From: an uncultured Propionibacteriales bacterium
GTDB taxonomy: Bacteria; Actinomycetota; Actinomycetes; Propionibacteriales; Nocardioidaceae
Length of the DNA: 64,000 bases
Assembly: GCA_965653225.1 (NCBI GenBank)
Contig: CBFGZI010000003.1
Coordinates: forward strand, 2,831-66,830
Direction: 5' to 3'
In this document: positions 44,385 through 54,029 of the stretch, piece after piece
How the letters are laid out: each line of letters begins with the position of its first letter
How positions within the stretch are numbered: the first letter of the stretch is position 1
Program-made: the position numbers and the translations under genes
The notes under the pieces: model-generated
The model's input: the letters and a program-made list of their open reading frames with translations, nothing else
What the model was told of the DNA's origin: nothing
Databases searched by the model: none

Positions 44385-45359
44385 TCAATCCTCGCGGGCT
44401 CGGTACGCGTGCCAGATCTCCGGGCGCAGCCTTCCCTTGTCGGGTACGGCGAAGCCCTCCTCCCGCGCCCACGCGCGAACCTCAGCGGTAGTCGGTTCCA
44501 CCGGTGCCGGTGGTCCGGCGGCAGGCAGACCTGACACCACCGCGGCGGCCGGAGCCTCCTGCCGCACCTCCGCCAGCGCAGCGCCGAGGAACCGGTAGGT
44601 CCACTCCTGTGCCAGGGCGCGGGTCTCGCAGAACATGATCGGCACCGTCGGGAACCGCACCTGGCACTCCGCGAGTCCCTCGGCCACCACAGAAGGTCGA
44701 ACCCGGCTCAGCCTGAAGACCTCGGAGTAGCGCGCCTCGACCACGACCGCCGCACGTCCGACAGCGGCCAGGTCGGCCAGCACGTAGCGCAACTTGCCGG
44801 CGGTCAGCGTGGATACCAGGTCCTGCAGGCTCTTGCGCTCGACCGCGGCGACGATGTCACCGTCGTGCTCCACGCCGTAGTCACCGGCGGGCAGACCGCG
44901 TCGGCTCGTAGTCGCCTGCTGGTCGGTGAACTTCCAGGCGTAACGCTCGTGGGAGTCCACGATGATAGGCAGGTCGGTGATCCCGGACGCCCGTGCGGTC
45001 GGCACGACGACGTTCGGGCGAGCCTGCTTCGCCGTACGCGCGCTCTGCCAGAAGATCGCCTGACGGCCTCCGCGAATGCGCGTGAAAACGATCTGCGACC
45101 TGTTCTCACGACCTCGGTCGAGTACGAGGTCGATCGCGGCCCCGCGTTGCACGCACGAACGGACCCGCACCCGCTCGACGACCTCGGCCTGCGCGGGCCA
45201 CTCGTCCGCAGGGTGGCAGTAGACCTTGCTCAGGCGCGGCCAGGTGTCACGCGCCTTGAGGACGACCCCCTCGGACCCGAGCGGCAGCCTGATCAGGTAC
45301 GGCAGCGACGAGTCCGGGTCCGGGTTGCGCGCGATCAGGAAGTCGTCGTACACGGCCAT
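44385..45359 (-). CDS. ERCC4 (XPF/Mus81-type) nuclease domain protein with an unrecognised N-terminal domain and an Lsr2-like C-terminal DNA-binding tail
   Basis: LPAGDYGVEHDGDIVAAVERKSLQDL matches the ERCC4 GDx(n)ERKx3D signature. The C-terminus TTAEVRAWAREEGFAVPDKGRLRPEIWHAYRA resembles the Lsr2 C-domain (..[29 protein letters not shown]). It starts 14 nt after the recD stop. Confidence 0.75.
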   Translation of the reverse strand: MAVYDDFLIARNPDPDSSLPYLIRLPLGSEGVVLKARDTWPRLSKVYCHPADEWPAQAEVVERVRVRSCVQRGAAIDLVLDRGRENRSQIVFTRIRGGRQAIFWQSARTAKQARPNVVVPTARASGITDLPIIVDSHERYAWKFTDQQATTSRRGLPAGDYGVEHDGDIVAAVERKSLQDLVSTLTAGKLRYVLADLAAVGRAAVVVEARYSEVFRLSRVRPSVVAEGLAECQVRFPTVPIMFCETRALAQEWTYRFLGAALAEVRQEAPAAAVVSGLPAAGPPAPVEPTTAEVRAWAREEGFAVPDKGRLRPEIWHAYRARED

Positions 45360-45373
45360 CAGTCTGCAGCAGC

Positions 45374-47245
45374 TCAGGCCCTTCCGCGCAGCCCACTCGC
45401 CCGGACGATCGGCCGGCGCACTGCGGCATCCAGCGCGTCCCGAGTACCGATGACCCGGACGTGCTCCTTGGCGCGCGTGACCGCGGTGTAGAGCAGCTCG
45501 CGCGTCAGTAGCGGTGACTCGGCCGGCGGCAGCACGACCGTCACGCGGTCGAACTGGCTTCCCTGGCTTCGGTGCACCGACATCGCATGCACCGTCGTCA
45601 CGTCCGAGAGCCGGCTGGTCGGCAGCGTCGTGACGACACCGTCGCGACGGAACGCGGCCCGCGGATGCCCGCCGTCGTCGACGACGACGCCGCTGTCGCC
45701 GTTGAACAGCCGCAGCTGGTAGTCGTTAGACGTGACCAGCAGCGGTCGCCCGACGTACCAGAGCCCTTCGCGTCCGTAGCCCTCGATGGCCTCACCGAGC
45801 CACTCCTCCACCAGCGCGCCCCACTGCGCGACCCCGTGCGGCCCCTCGCGGTGCCCGCACAGCAGGCGGTGCCGCTCCAGCGCGGCGAGTGCACCAGCTG
45901 CGTCGCCGTTTCGCGCTTTCTTGGTGAGCTCGGTGCCTGCCTTCACCACGTCGGTGCGGACGGAGTCGAGCTCGGTCGTCGTCGCCGGGTCGTCCTCGAC
46001 GAACTCGATGCACGTGTAGTCCTTCGCGACCACGCCCGCCACGACGTCGGGGTCGCCGCTGCGGATCGCCTCGGCGAGCTCCTGGATCTCCTCCGAGAAC
46101 CGGTACACGTGCGAGAGCCGCACGACCCCGGCCGCCAGCGCGCGCTCACGCTCGTGGTCGGGAAGCCCGGCGAGGTCTTGCGCCGCAAGGTCCCCGACAC
46201 CCTTCGTCTCCTCGAGTACCGGTGCGACCGGCCGCTCGACCAGGTCGCCGAGGACGGCGCCGACCTCCACCGAGGCAAGCTGGTCAGGGTCGCCGACCAG
46301 GATCAAACGGCTTGTCGGCCGCAGCGCCTCAGCCAGCCGCGCCATCATCGTCAGCGACACCATCGAAGCCTCGTCGACGACGACCACGTTGTACGGCAGC
46401 CGGTTGTCGCGGTCGTGCCAGAACCTGGTGCGCGCACCGGGCTTGTAACCCAGCAGCCGATGCAGTGTCGACGCCTTCAGCTCTCCGAGCCGGTCGCGGT
46501 CCTCGGAGCTCAGACTGTCTGCGGCGGCGGTGGCGGCCTCCTGCAGGCGGGCAGCCGCCTTCCCGGTCGGCGCCGCCAGCGCGATCCGCAGACGACCGCC
46601 CTCGAGGTCCTGCAGGACGGCCAGGATCTTGGCGACCGTTGTGGTCTTCCCGGTACCGGGTCCACCCGCCAGGATGCTCAGCCGCCGGTGCGCCGCGACC
46701 ACCGCGGCGAGTCGCTGTCGGTCGGCTCCGTCGTCGGGGAAGAGCCGCGCGACGGCCTGCGCCAGCGCGGCCGCGTCCACGGCCTCCCCCGACCGCGACG
46801 TCGCCGAGTCCACGTAACCGGCGATCATCTGCTGCTGCCGCCAGTAACGGTCGAGATAGAGCAGCCCGTCCGCCCACCGCAGCGGCCGGTCCTCCGGCCC
46901 GTCGGCACCGACCGCGGTCAGCCGGCTCGCCTCCACCGCCGAGACCCAGGCGTCCGCCTCGGGCCAGGGCAGCGCCGCGACATCTTCCGCGGAGACGCCG
47001 TCCACCGCGGTCGTCTCCGCCGCGGCCGCGAGGTCCACGCACACCGACCCCTGCCGCACGGCGCGTACGACCAGCGCCGCCGCGAGCAGGACCCGCTCGT
47101 CGCTCTCGCCGCCGAGTCGCTCCAGTCGCTGCGCCACGTGTACGTCAGCGGCGCCGAGTACGCCGGCGTGGTTGAACTCCGCGAGCAGTCCCTCGACGCG
47201 GCGTACCTGCTGCGCGTCGAGCATGTCGGGCACCGTCACGGTCAT
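45374..47245 (-). CDS. recD: Exodeoxyribonuclease V subunit alpha
   Basis: ILAGGPGTGKTTTVAKIL (Walker A), VVVDEASMV (Walker B), AMSVHRSQGSQFD, LLYTAVTRAKEHV. 4-nt overlap with recB. Confidence 0.9.
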   Translation of the reverse strand: MTVTVPDMLDAQQVRRVEGLLAEFNHAGVLGAADVHVAQRLERLGGESDERVLLAAALVVRAVRQGSVCVDLAAAAETTAVDGVSAEDVAALPWPEADAWVSAVEASRLTAVGADGPEDRPLRWADGLLYLDRYWRQQQMIAGYVDSATSRSGEAVDAAALAQAVARLFPDDGADRQRLAAVVAAHRRLSILAGGPGTGKTTTVAKILAVLQDLEGGRLRIALAAPTGKAAARLQEAATAAADSLSSEDRDRLGELKASTLHRLLGYKPGARTRFWHDRDNRLPYNVVVVDEASMVSLTMMARLAEALRPTSRLILVGDPDQLASVEVGAVLGDLVERPVAPVLEETKGVGDLAAQDLAGLPDHERERALAAGVVRLSHVYRFSEEIQELAEAIRSGDPDVVAGVVAKDYTCIEFVEDDPATTTELDSVRTDVVKAGTELTKKARNGDAAGALAALERHRLLCGHREGPHGVAQWGALVEEWLGEAIEGYGREGLWYVGRPLLVTSNDYQLRLFNGDSGVVVDDGGHPRAAFRRDGVVTTLPTSRLSDVTTVHAMSVHRSQGSQFDRVTVVLPPAESPLLTRELLYTAVTRAKEHVRVIGTRDALDAAVRRPIVRASGLRGRA

Positions 47246-50200
47246 GCGACGTCACCCCCGTCGAGCAAGTCGGACAGGTCCTGCGCCAAGGCGGGTGGCG
47301 GCGCCCACGAGAACACCCCGCACGGGACCCCGCCGACGACCGGCGTCTCCTCGCCGCACATGCCACGCAGGAACAGGTAGAGCACGCCGCCGAGGTGTAC
47401 GGCCGGGTCGTACGCCGGCTGCCGCCACCGCAGGAAGCGGTGCAGCGCGACCGAGTACAGCAGCGCCTGCAACGGGTAGTGCGCGTGCCGCATCGCGCGA
47501 GCCAGCGCCTCGGGCTGGTAGTGCTGCGCGGTCAGCGGGCCGTCTCCGCCGAGCCAGTTGGTCTTGTAGTCGACGACGAGGTAGCGCACCTCGCCGTCGT
47601 CCTTCCGCACGCGCAGCACTGCGTCGATGCTCCCGGTGAGGAAGCCTCGCATCCGCTGCGACGCGAGCACCGGCGCCGCCAGGTCGTCGGCGTAAGCGGC
47701 GAGGGGGTCGTCGTCCTGTAGATGGCGCCGCAGCAGGGTGGCGATCCGACCCACCGCCGCCCCGCCGGTCGGCACATCGCCTCCCGCAAGTGGCAGCTCG
47801 AACTCGAGCTCGTCGAGCCGGTCACCGGTCGCGATGTCGGCGAGCCGTCGTCCGTCCGCCAGCGGCCCCAGTGGTGTTCGCAGCGATGGCAGCAGCGCGT
47901 CGGCGAGCACGTCCGCGGGCACGTTGACGAAGCGTTCCGCACCCGCACCGGCGCACGCCTCCACCAGCGCCGACCGCAGGTCGGTCGCGGCGAAGTCGAC
48001 CTCCTCCAGCACGCGGTGCACGAGCGTGCCGAACGCCGCACCGCTGGGCAGGTCGACCATCGGCGACACCGGCCAGGTCTCGTCGGGCTCGGCCTCCTCA
48101 GAGGTCGGCTCGCCCTCCGGCCCGACCGGCAGCTCGTCGATGACACCGGGGGTCTCCGGCTCACTGGTGACGCGTGCTGCGGTTTCCTCATGAAGGGCCG
48201 CGGTCAGCCTGGAGTACGAGGTGCGCGCCCATACCAGGTCGAGTGCACGGTCGAACGCCCGCACGGACAGCTCGGGGGTTTGCGTCCTCTCGACGGGAAG
48301 CACCTCAGAGGCGCCGCGGTAGACGGGCTCCACGCTGACGCCACCGCCGGACGTGGCCGCGATGGCGGTCAGCCGCTCCTTGGCTTCGTAGTCGGTGGGG
48401 ATCGCCACCCTGTCCGGCACCACCCCGCCGTTCTTGCGCTCGCCGAACAGCAGCCGGTGCCACGGGGCGCAAGGGGTGTTGTTGGTCGGCGCCCAGTACG
48501 TCACGACCTGGCACTTTGCGCGAGTGAGCGCGACGTACGCGAGCCGCAGCGACTCCCCCGCGTCCTCCGCCAGGTGGGCCTCCTTGTGCTCGTCGTACGC
48601 GGGGCCTCCGCGTGAGCCCACGTCGAGCACCCGCGCCCCGGTGTCGTCGTGCAGCTTGAGCGGATCGGGGTCGGTGGGCACCCAGCGGCTCCACAGGTAC
48701 GGCGCGTAGACGACCGGGAACTGCAGCCCCTTGCTGCGGTGCACGGTGAGCACCTGCACGGCCTTGGCGTCGGACTCCAGCCGCCGGCTGCGCTCTTCGT
48801 CCGGGTCCTCTCGGGACTCGGCGATGCGGTGCTGCAGCCACTCGACCAGCGAGGCCACGCCGCCGTGCACCTGCGTGGCCTGGGCGTGCAGTGTCTGGCC
48901 GATGTGGCGAAGGTCGGTGAGGTCGCGTTCGCCGTCATCGTGGGCAAGCACGCGTGCGGTGAGGCCGTAGGTCGCGGTGACGCGCTCCAGCAGAGCGGCG
49001 ACACCACTTCCGGTCAGGACGCCGGCCCACTCGCGCAGGCGTGCGCCCAGCTCGTCGAGCTGTTCGTCGCTGGCGGTGGCGAGCTGCTCGGCAGTCCAGC
49101 CGACGAAGTCCGTCAGCGCGGCGGCACGGGCGAGGCCGGGACGCTGCGGCTGCTCGAGCGCGGTCAGCAGTGTCAGCCAGTCACGCGCGGCTGCGGACCG
49201 GAACACGCTGATCGTGCCGAGGAGCACGACGGGCACACCGGCGACGTCGAGCGCGTCGCGGACTGTGAGGCCGTCCTCGTTCCGCTGCACGAGCACGGCG
49301 ATGTCGGCGGGCTCGAGAGACCGCTTGTCGCCGTTATCGGTGATCCGGGCGTCGGAGCACAGCAGCTTGACGATGTCGGCGGCGACGTCGTCGGCGATGA
49401 ACGGACGCACGTCGGGGACCGTCAGAGGTTTGTCCGGTTCCTCGACGCCGAGTGCCTTGCGGGGCACGGCGCGGATGCGCAGGGGTGCGTCGACGGGTGC
49501 CCCGGAGAGGGTGGGTTCGGGGTGTCCGGCGTTGACGTCGTGCACGAGGATGCGCGGGTCGCCGAGCGCGACGTCGCCGATGACGTGTCTCAGCGCGTCC
49601 ACCAGCGGCCGGTCGCTGCGCCAGTTGGTGCCCAGCGTCGCCTTCGTGGCCGCAGCCTCCGTGGCGAGCAGGTAGGTGACGACGTCGGCGCCGCGGAAGG
49701 CGTAGATGGCCTGCTTCGGGTCGCCGATGAGCACGAGAGTGCGGTGGCCGTGGAATGCGCGCTCGAGGATCTCCCACTGCACCGGGTCGGTGTCCTGGAA
49801 CTCATCGACGAGCACGATCTTGTAGCGGCTGCGCACCCGCGCGCATGCGTCCTCGCCGGTCTCGGGGTCGGTCAGCGCGTTGCGCAGGTGGACCAGCAGG
49901 TCGTCGTAGTCCATGACCCGCATGGCCCGCTTGCGCTGAGCGACGGTGTCGCGCGCGCGTTCGGCAAAGCGGTACCGGACCGCCGCCTCCGGGTAGGTGG
50001 CGCGGTCGGCGTCGGCGGGCTCTAGGCGTGCGGCGGGGTCGCCGACCGCCTCCTTGGCGACGCTCGTCGCGATGCCGAACCTCAGGGGCGTCTCGGTGGG
50101 GTCTGGGCTGCCGTAGTCGGCGACGTACAGGTCGGTGGCGACGTCGGTGACCAGGTCGCCGGTCCACTCCGCGAACGTCACGTCGTGGTCGACGTCGGCC

Positions 50201-50619
50201 GCGATGCCCATGCCGGCGAGCATCTGGTGGCAGAAACCATGTGTGGTGGCGATGGTGGCGGCGTCGAAGTTGGCGGCGGCGGTCGCCAGGCGCTGTCGAC
50301 GTACGTCGACCTCTGCGTCGCTCCCCTGCGCCAGGTGGCGGATGAGGTCATCCATGGAACTGCGGGCGGCGTCGATGTCGTCGAGGCTTGTCGTCGCCTC
50401 GACGAGCCGCTCGCGGACCCGTTCGCGCAGCTCGGCCGTGGCCGCGCGGCCGAAGGTCACGAGCATGAGCTCGTCGATGCGTGCGACCCCTTCGGCGAGG
50501 TAACGCACCGCGAGACCGGCGATCGTGTAGGTCTTCCCGGTGCCGGCGCTGGCCTCGAGAACGGTCGTGCCTTCGGGCAGCGGCCCGCACAGGTCGAAGA
50601 TGGGAGGCGTAGGCGTCAT
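47242..50619 (-). CDS. recB: Exodeoxyribonuclease V subunit beta (UvrD-type helicase + PD-(D/E)XK nuclease)
   Basis: VLEASAGTGKTYTIAGL, VLVDEFQDTDPVQW, TVHRSKGLQFPVVY, C-terminal GFLTGSIDAVL...LVVDYKTNWLG nuclease motif. ATG 50619 overlaps the recC stop (ATGA). Confidence 0.9.
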   Translation of the reverse strand: MTPTPPIFDLCGPLPEGTTVLEASAGTGKTYTIAGLAVRYLAEGVARIDELMLVTFGRAATAELRERVRERLVEATTSLDDIDAARSSMDDLIRHLAQGSDAEVDVRRQRLATAAANFDAATIATTHGFCHQMLAGMGIAADVDHDVTFAEWTGDLVTDVATDLYVADYGSPDPTETPLRFGIATSVAKEAVGDPAARLEPADADRATYPEAAVRYRFAERARDTVAQRKRAMRVMDYDDLLVHLRNALTDPETGEDACARVRSRYKIVLVDEFQDTDPVQWEILERAFHGHRTLVLIGDPKQAIYAFRGADVVTYLLATEAAATKATLGTNWRSDRPLVDALRHVIGDVALGDPRILVHDVNAGHPEPTLSGAPVDAPLRIRAVPRKALGVEEPDKPLTVPDVRPFIADDVAADIVKLLCSDARITDNGDKRSLEPADIAVLVQRNEDGLTVRDALDVAGVPVVLLGTISVFRSAAARDWLTLLTALEQPQRPGLARAAALTDFVGWTAEQLATASDEQLDELGARLREWAGVLTGSGVAALLERVTATYGLTARVLAHDDGERDLTDLRHIGQTLHAQATQVHGGVASLVEWLQHRIAESREDPDEERSRRLESDAKAVQVLTVHRSKGLQFPVVYAPYLWSRWVPTDPDPLKLHDDTGARVLDVGSRGGPAYDEHKEAHLAEDAGESLRLAYVALTRAKCQVVTYWAPTNNTPCAPWHRLLFGERKNGGVVPDRVAIPTDYEAKERLTAIAATSGGGVSVEPVYRGASEVLPVERTQTPELSVRAFDRALDLVWARTSYSRLTAALHEETAARVTSEPETPGVIDELPVGPEGEPTSEEAEPDETWPVSPMVDLPSGAAFGTLVHRVLEEVDFAATDLRSALVEACAGAGAERFVNVPADVLADALLPSLRTPLGPLADGRRLADIATGDRLDELEFELPLAGGDVPTGGAAVGRIATLLRRHLQDDDPLAAYADDLAAPVLASQRMRGFLTGSIDAVLRVRKDDGEVRYLVVDYKTNWLGGDGPLTAQHYQPEALARAMRHAHYPLQALLYSVALHRFLRWRQPAYDPAVHLGGVLYLFLRGMCGEETPVVGGVPCGVFSWAPPPALAQDLSDLLDGGDVA

Positions 50620-53600
50620 CCTTGGCGTGTCTCCTCGGCCGCCAGCAGCGGTGACCACACGCGCCGCGCGAGCTGCCCGAACAGGTGAGGCTCCTCGGGG
50701 TAGGTGCCGTCAGCCTCGGGCGGGTGGTCGAGTAGCGCCTGGATCTGTACGTCACCCCACACCAGCCGGTTCTGCGCGTCGCCGAACTCGCCGAACTCCT
50801 GGGGACCCGATCCCTTCCGCCGCCACGCGCTCCTGGCGTACGTCACCGCCGTGTGCACGGACTTGCCGTCGCCCCGCTTCTCGGCGTACCGGCACGAGGT
50901 CTCCGGCGGCAGCGGCAGGGGGAACGTGAGCCCGGTGCGGTGGACCTTCACCAGCGTGTCCAGGTGTGCGAGCGCGTCCTGCGGGCTGACGTCGCGAAGG
51001 AACGAGCCGAGCACGTTGCCGCCGCGCCAGTCGGGGTTGCGTCCGACGGTGGCGGCACGCCACGCGCTCTCGGAGGCGTGCGCCTGTAGCGCCAGGAGAT
51101 AGACCCAGGCGCGCAGACGGTGCTTTGGCGAGAGCTTGGAGTAGACGACGCGCACGATGCAGTCGCCGTGGATGCTCGGCACCGTGCCGGCCAGCGTCAC
51201 ACCCGACGGGAGGGTGACGGACACGTCGGCCTGCGTCGGGTCGATGCTGCGCAGCCGCGCACTGGTGTCGACAAGCTCGGCCACCTGCTCGGCGATGGGG
51301 GTGACGATGTCGTCGCCGAGACGTCCCGGCGGCAGCTGTCCGCGCAGCCACTCGGCCCGGACGGCGCGGTCGTCCGGGATGCCGGCCACACCGGCACGCA
51401 GGAGTCGGTCGCCCACTGACCACCTCTCGAGCCCGTCGGGGTCGACCGGGATAGCGTCGCTGGGCTCGTCCTCCTCGTCGGTGGTGCTCAGCTCGAGACG
51501 CTGGCGGAGGAAGCCCCTGGCCGGGTGCTCGAGGAAACGGACGAGCGCGTCGAGCTCGACGACCTGCGGCGGGTCCGGGTCTGGGACCGGCGCGGGGAGG
51601 AACGGCGGTCGGGGTCGCCGTTCGCGGAGCAGCGCCCGGCTGCCCTCATACGCGGACCGGTCGAAGCTGAACGGCTCCTCGCGCACCATGTCGCCGGCGA
51701 CGAAGTTGCGGGCGTCGAAGGGCTGCAGCGGATGGCGGGTGAGGACACGGTCGCGAGCACGTCCTGTGGGGACCTGAGCCGTGCGGTCGAGGACGTCGAG
51801 CAGCTCGCCGAGGGGTACGGCCGGCGGGCGCTCGGCGCCGGTGCGCTCGTCGGCGCCGGAGTAGACGCAGACGAGCCGCTCCTTGGCCGCGAGGATCGCG
51901 TCCAGGAACAGCTGACGGTCCTCCGCGCGGGCGTCACGCTCGCCCACGTGCGGGCGGCGGGCGAGGATGTCGTCGCCGTCGACCCGGGTGGTGCGCGGGA
52001 AGACGCCGTCGTCGAGGCCGAGCAGGCACACAACCCGATGCGGCACCGAGCGCATCGGGACCATCGTGCACATGGTCAGCGCACCGGTGCGGAAGTTGGC
52101 CCTTGTCGGGCGTCCCTTCAGGCGCTCGCCGAGCAGTGCGCGTACGTCGGAGAGGCGGAGCGCGGTCCCCTCGGTGTGGCCTTCGGCGGCCGTCAAGGTG
52201 TCGGCGAGCTGCCAACGCGCCTGGGAGACCTGCCACGAGTCCCGCGGGCTGACCGCCACGAGGCTCTCCACCGCATCGCCGAGGGCGGCGAGCCACTTGT
52301 CCAGAGTCTGCTCGCGGTTGAGGGCCTCGACGGCTGCTGCGAGGCGGTCAAGGAGCTCGGCCAGCCGGCCGGCGAGGTCGATCTCGTTGCTGTCCACGTC
52401 GTCCAGCGGGAGCGTGCCGTCGACGCTGCGCAGGTCGTCCTCGGCCATCGTCACGCCGACGAGAATGCGGTCGAGACCCGACTGCCAGGTGTTCTGGTGG
52501 AACTCACCGAGGCCGAAGCTGCTGCGCGCCTCGGCGTCGAGCCCCCAGCGCACGCCGGATCGGCGTACCCAGTCGCCGACCCGCTCCAGCGAGTCGTCGT
52601 CGAGGTGGAACCTCCGGCGTACTGGCGGCATCGCGGCGAGATCGAGCACCTCGGAGGCGGTCAGCCGCGAGTCGGCGAGCTCGAGCAGACGTGCCGCAAC
52701 CGCGAGGACGGGGTTGGTCTGGCGCAGCGACCTGTCGGCGAGCCGGACGCTCAGGCGATGGCCCGGGTGGGCGTTCTCGCTCCATTCACCACTGGCATCG
52801 TCTAGGTCCGATGCCGACAGGCCGAACGCGGCCGCAACGAGAGGCGCGTACGACTCGATGTCGGGGCACATCACGATGAGGTCGCGCGGCTCGAGCGTCG
52901 GATCGTCGGCGAGCAGCCCGAGCAGCACCTCGCGGAGCACCTCGACCTGGCGCTGCCGACCGTGGCAGGCGTGGACCTGCACCGACGTGTCGTGGTCCCC
53001 CAGCAGATGCTCACCGGTCGGTGCCCGGTCGGCGTGGATGTCGCGTTGCAGTGCTGCCAGCAGCGTCTCGCCGTCTGGCTCGACCGGGATGTGCTCGTCG
53101 CTATCCACGCGCGTATTGGCCTGCAGACGCAGCTGCATCTCCCGAGCGTCACGCCCGAGCGAGCGGACCAGCGGATGCTCAGGAACGTCGGCCGTCGGGT
53201 CGTCGCGGCGGGTCGGGACCCGCAGCTGCGTCTCTGCGGTCGCCTCCGCGACGTGCTCCCAGAGTCCCGAGGACGGGTACGGCAGCCACACATGCATTTC
53301 CCGCTGGGCCGCCAGCGCGTCGAGCACCTGGATCTCGGCCGTGCTCAGCCGTGTCGGTCCGAAGATCGACAGTCGCTCCGGCAGCTCCACCAGCGCAGCC
53401 TGGTCCCGCAGCTGGGCCACGGCTTCCTCTGCCCGTTCCGCGGGACTCGCCACGCCGATGCGGTCGCGTAGCCGCCGCCACAGCTCCGCCTGCCACCGGT
53501 GGTCGGCGTCGAGCGGGTCGCCGTACCCGTCGCTGTCGCGCCCGTCCAGCCAGTCGCGAACCATCGTGGGCCGCTGCGCGCCGTACGAGGCGAACAGGCC

Positions 53601-54029
53601 GGCCACCTTCTGCGCGACCGCCATGCGCCGCCCCTGGTCGACCGCGCCGTCGATCAGGCCCAGATGCCGGCCGAGCGTGCGACACCACGCCTCCGAGGCG
53701 CACCCGTCGATGACCTCCAGCAGCGGCCACGGCAGCCGGTGCTGGGCCCACGGGTCGTCGTCTGCGTCCATACCCGAGCCGGCCGCGACCGCCTCGCGCA
53801 CCAGCCGCCCGGGCGACGGGAACACGACGTTGGCGCACACTCCGTCGCCGCGGCCCTCTTGTGTGCCCAGCACTGACGAGAGCGACTGCGCGATCCACCG
53901 CTCCACGCCCCTTGACGGCACCGCCACCACATCAGGCGTGAACGGGTCACCCGGCGCCGCGCGCAGCACGCCCGCAAGGCCCGCAACCAAGGCGTCAGCC
54001 CGCTCGGCTCGGTGGATCCTCAGCGGCAC
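50616..54029 (-). CDS. recC: Exodeoxyribonuclease V subunit gamma
   Basis: About 1137 aa. N-terminus LRIHRAERADALVAGLAGVL...VAVPSRGVERWIAQSLS is typical of RecC. Start set to the in-frame GTG (codon 43 of ORF 50616..54155). Confidence 0.9.
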   Translation of the reverse strand: MPLRIHRAERADALVAGLAGVLRAAPGDPFTPDVVAVPSRGVERWIAQSLSSVLGTQEGRGDGVCANVVFPSPGRLVREAVAAGSGMDADDDPWAQHRLPWPLLEVIDGCASEAWCRTLGRHLGLIDGAVDQGRRMAVAQKVAGLFASYGAQRPTMVRDWLDGRDSDGYGDPLDADHRWQAELWRRLRDRIGVASPAERAEEAVAQLRDQAALVELPERLSIFGPTRLSTAEIQVLDALAAQREMHVWLPYPSSGLWEHVAEATAETQLRVPTRRDDPTADVPEHPLVRSLGRDAREMQLRLQANTRVDSDEHIPVEPDGETLLAALQRDIHADRAPTGEHLLGDHDTSVQVHACHGRQRQVEVLREVLLGLLADDPTLEPRDLIVMCPDIESYAPLVAAAFGLSASDLDDASGEWSENAHPGHRLSVRLADRSLRQTNPVLAVAARLLELADSRLTASEVLDLAAMPPVRRRFHLDDDSLERVGDWVRRSGVRWGLDAEARSSFGLGEFHQNTWQSGLDRILVGVTMAEDDLRSVDGTLPLDDVDSNEIDLAGRLAELLDRLAAAVEALNREQTLDKWLAALGDAVESLVAVSPRDSWQVSQARWQLADTLTAAEGHTEGTALRLSDVRALLGERLKGRPTRANFRTGALTMCTMVPMRSVPHRVVCLLGLDDGVFPRTTRVDGDDILARRPHVGERDARAEDRQLFLDAILAAKERLVCVYSGADERTGAERPPAVPLGELLDVLDRTAQVPTGRARDRVLTRHPLQPFDARNFVAGDMVREEPFSFDRSAYEGSRALLRERRPRPPFLPAPVPDPDPPQVVELDALVRFLEHPARGFLRQRLELSTTDEEDEPSDAIPVDPDGLERWSVGDRLLRAGVAGIPDDRAVRAEWLRGQLPPGRLGDDIVTPIAEQVAELVDTSARLRSIDPTQADVSVTLPSGVTLAGTVPSIHGDCIVRVVYSKLSPKHRLRAWVYLLALQAHASESAWRAATVGRNPDWRGGNVLGSFLRDVSPQDALAHLDTLVKVHRTGLTFPLPLPPETSCRYAEKRGDGKSVHTAVTYARSAWRRKGSGPQEFGEFGDAQNRLVWGDVQIQALLDHPPEADGTYPEEPHLFGQLARRVWSPLLAAEETRQG

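Noticed and set aside
45572-47380. 602-aa plus-strand ORF; also 51967..54333 (788 aa) and 48649..50025 (458 aa)
   Set aside because: All are antisense to recD, recC or recB. They are Arg/Pro/Gly-rich with no recognisable domains.
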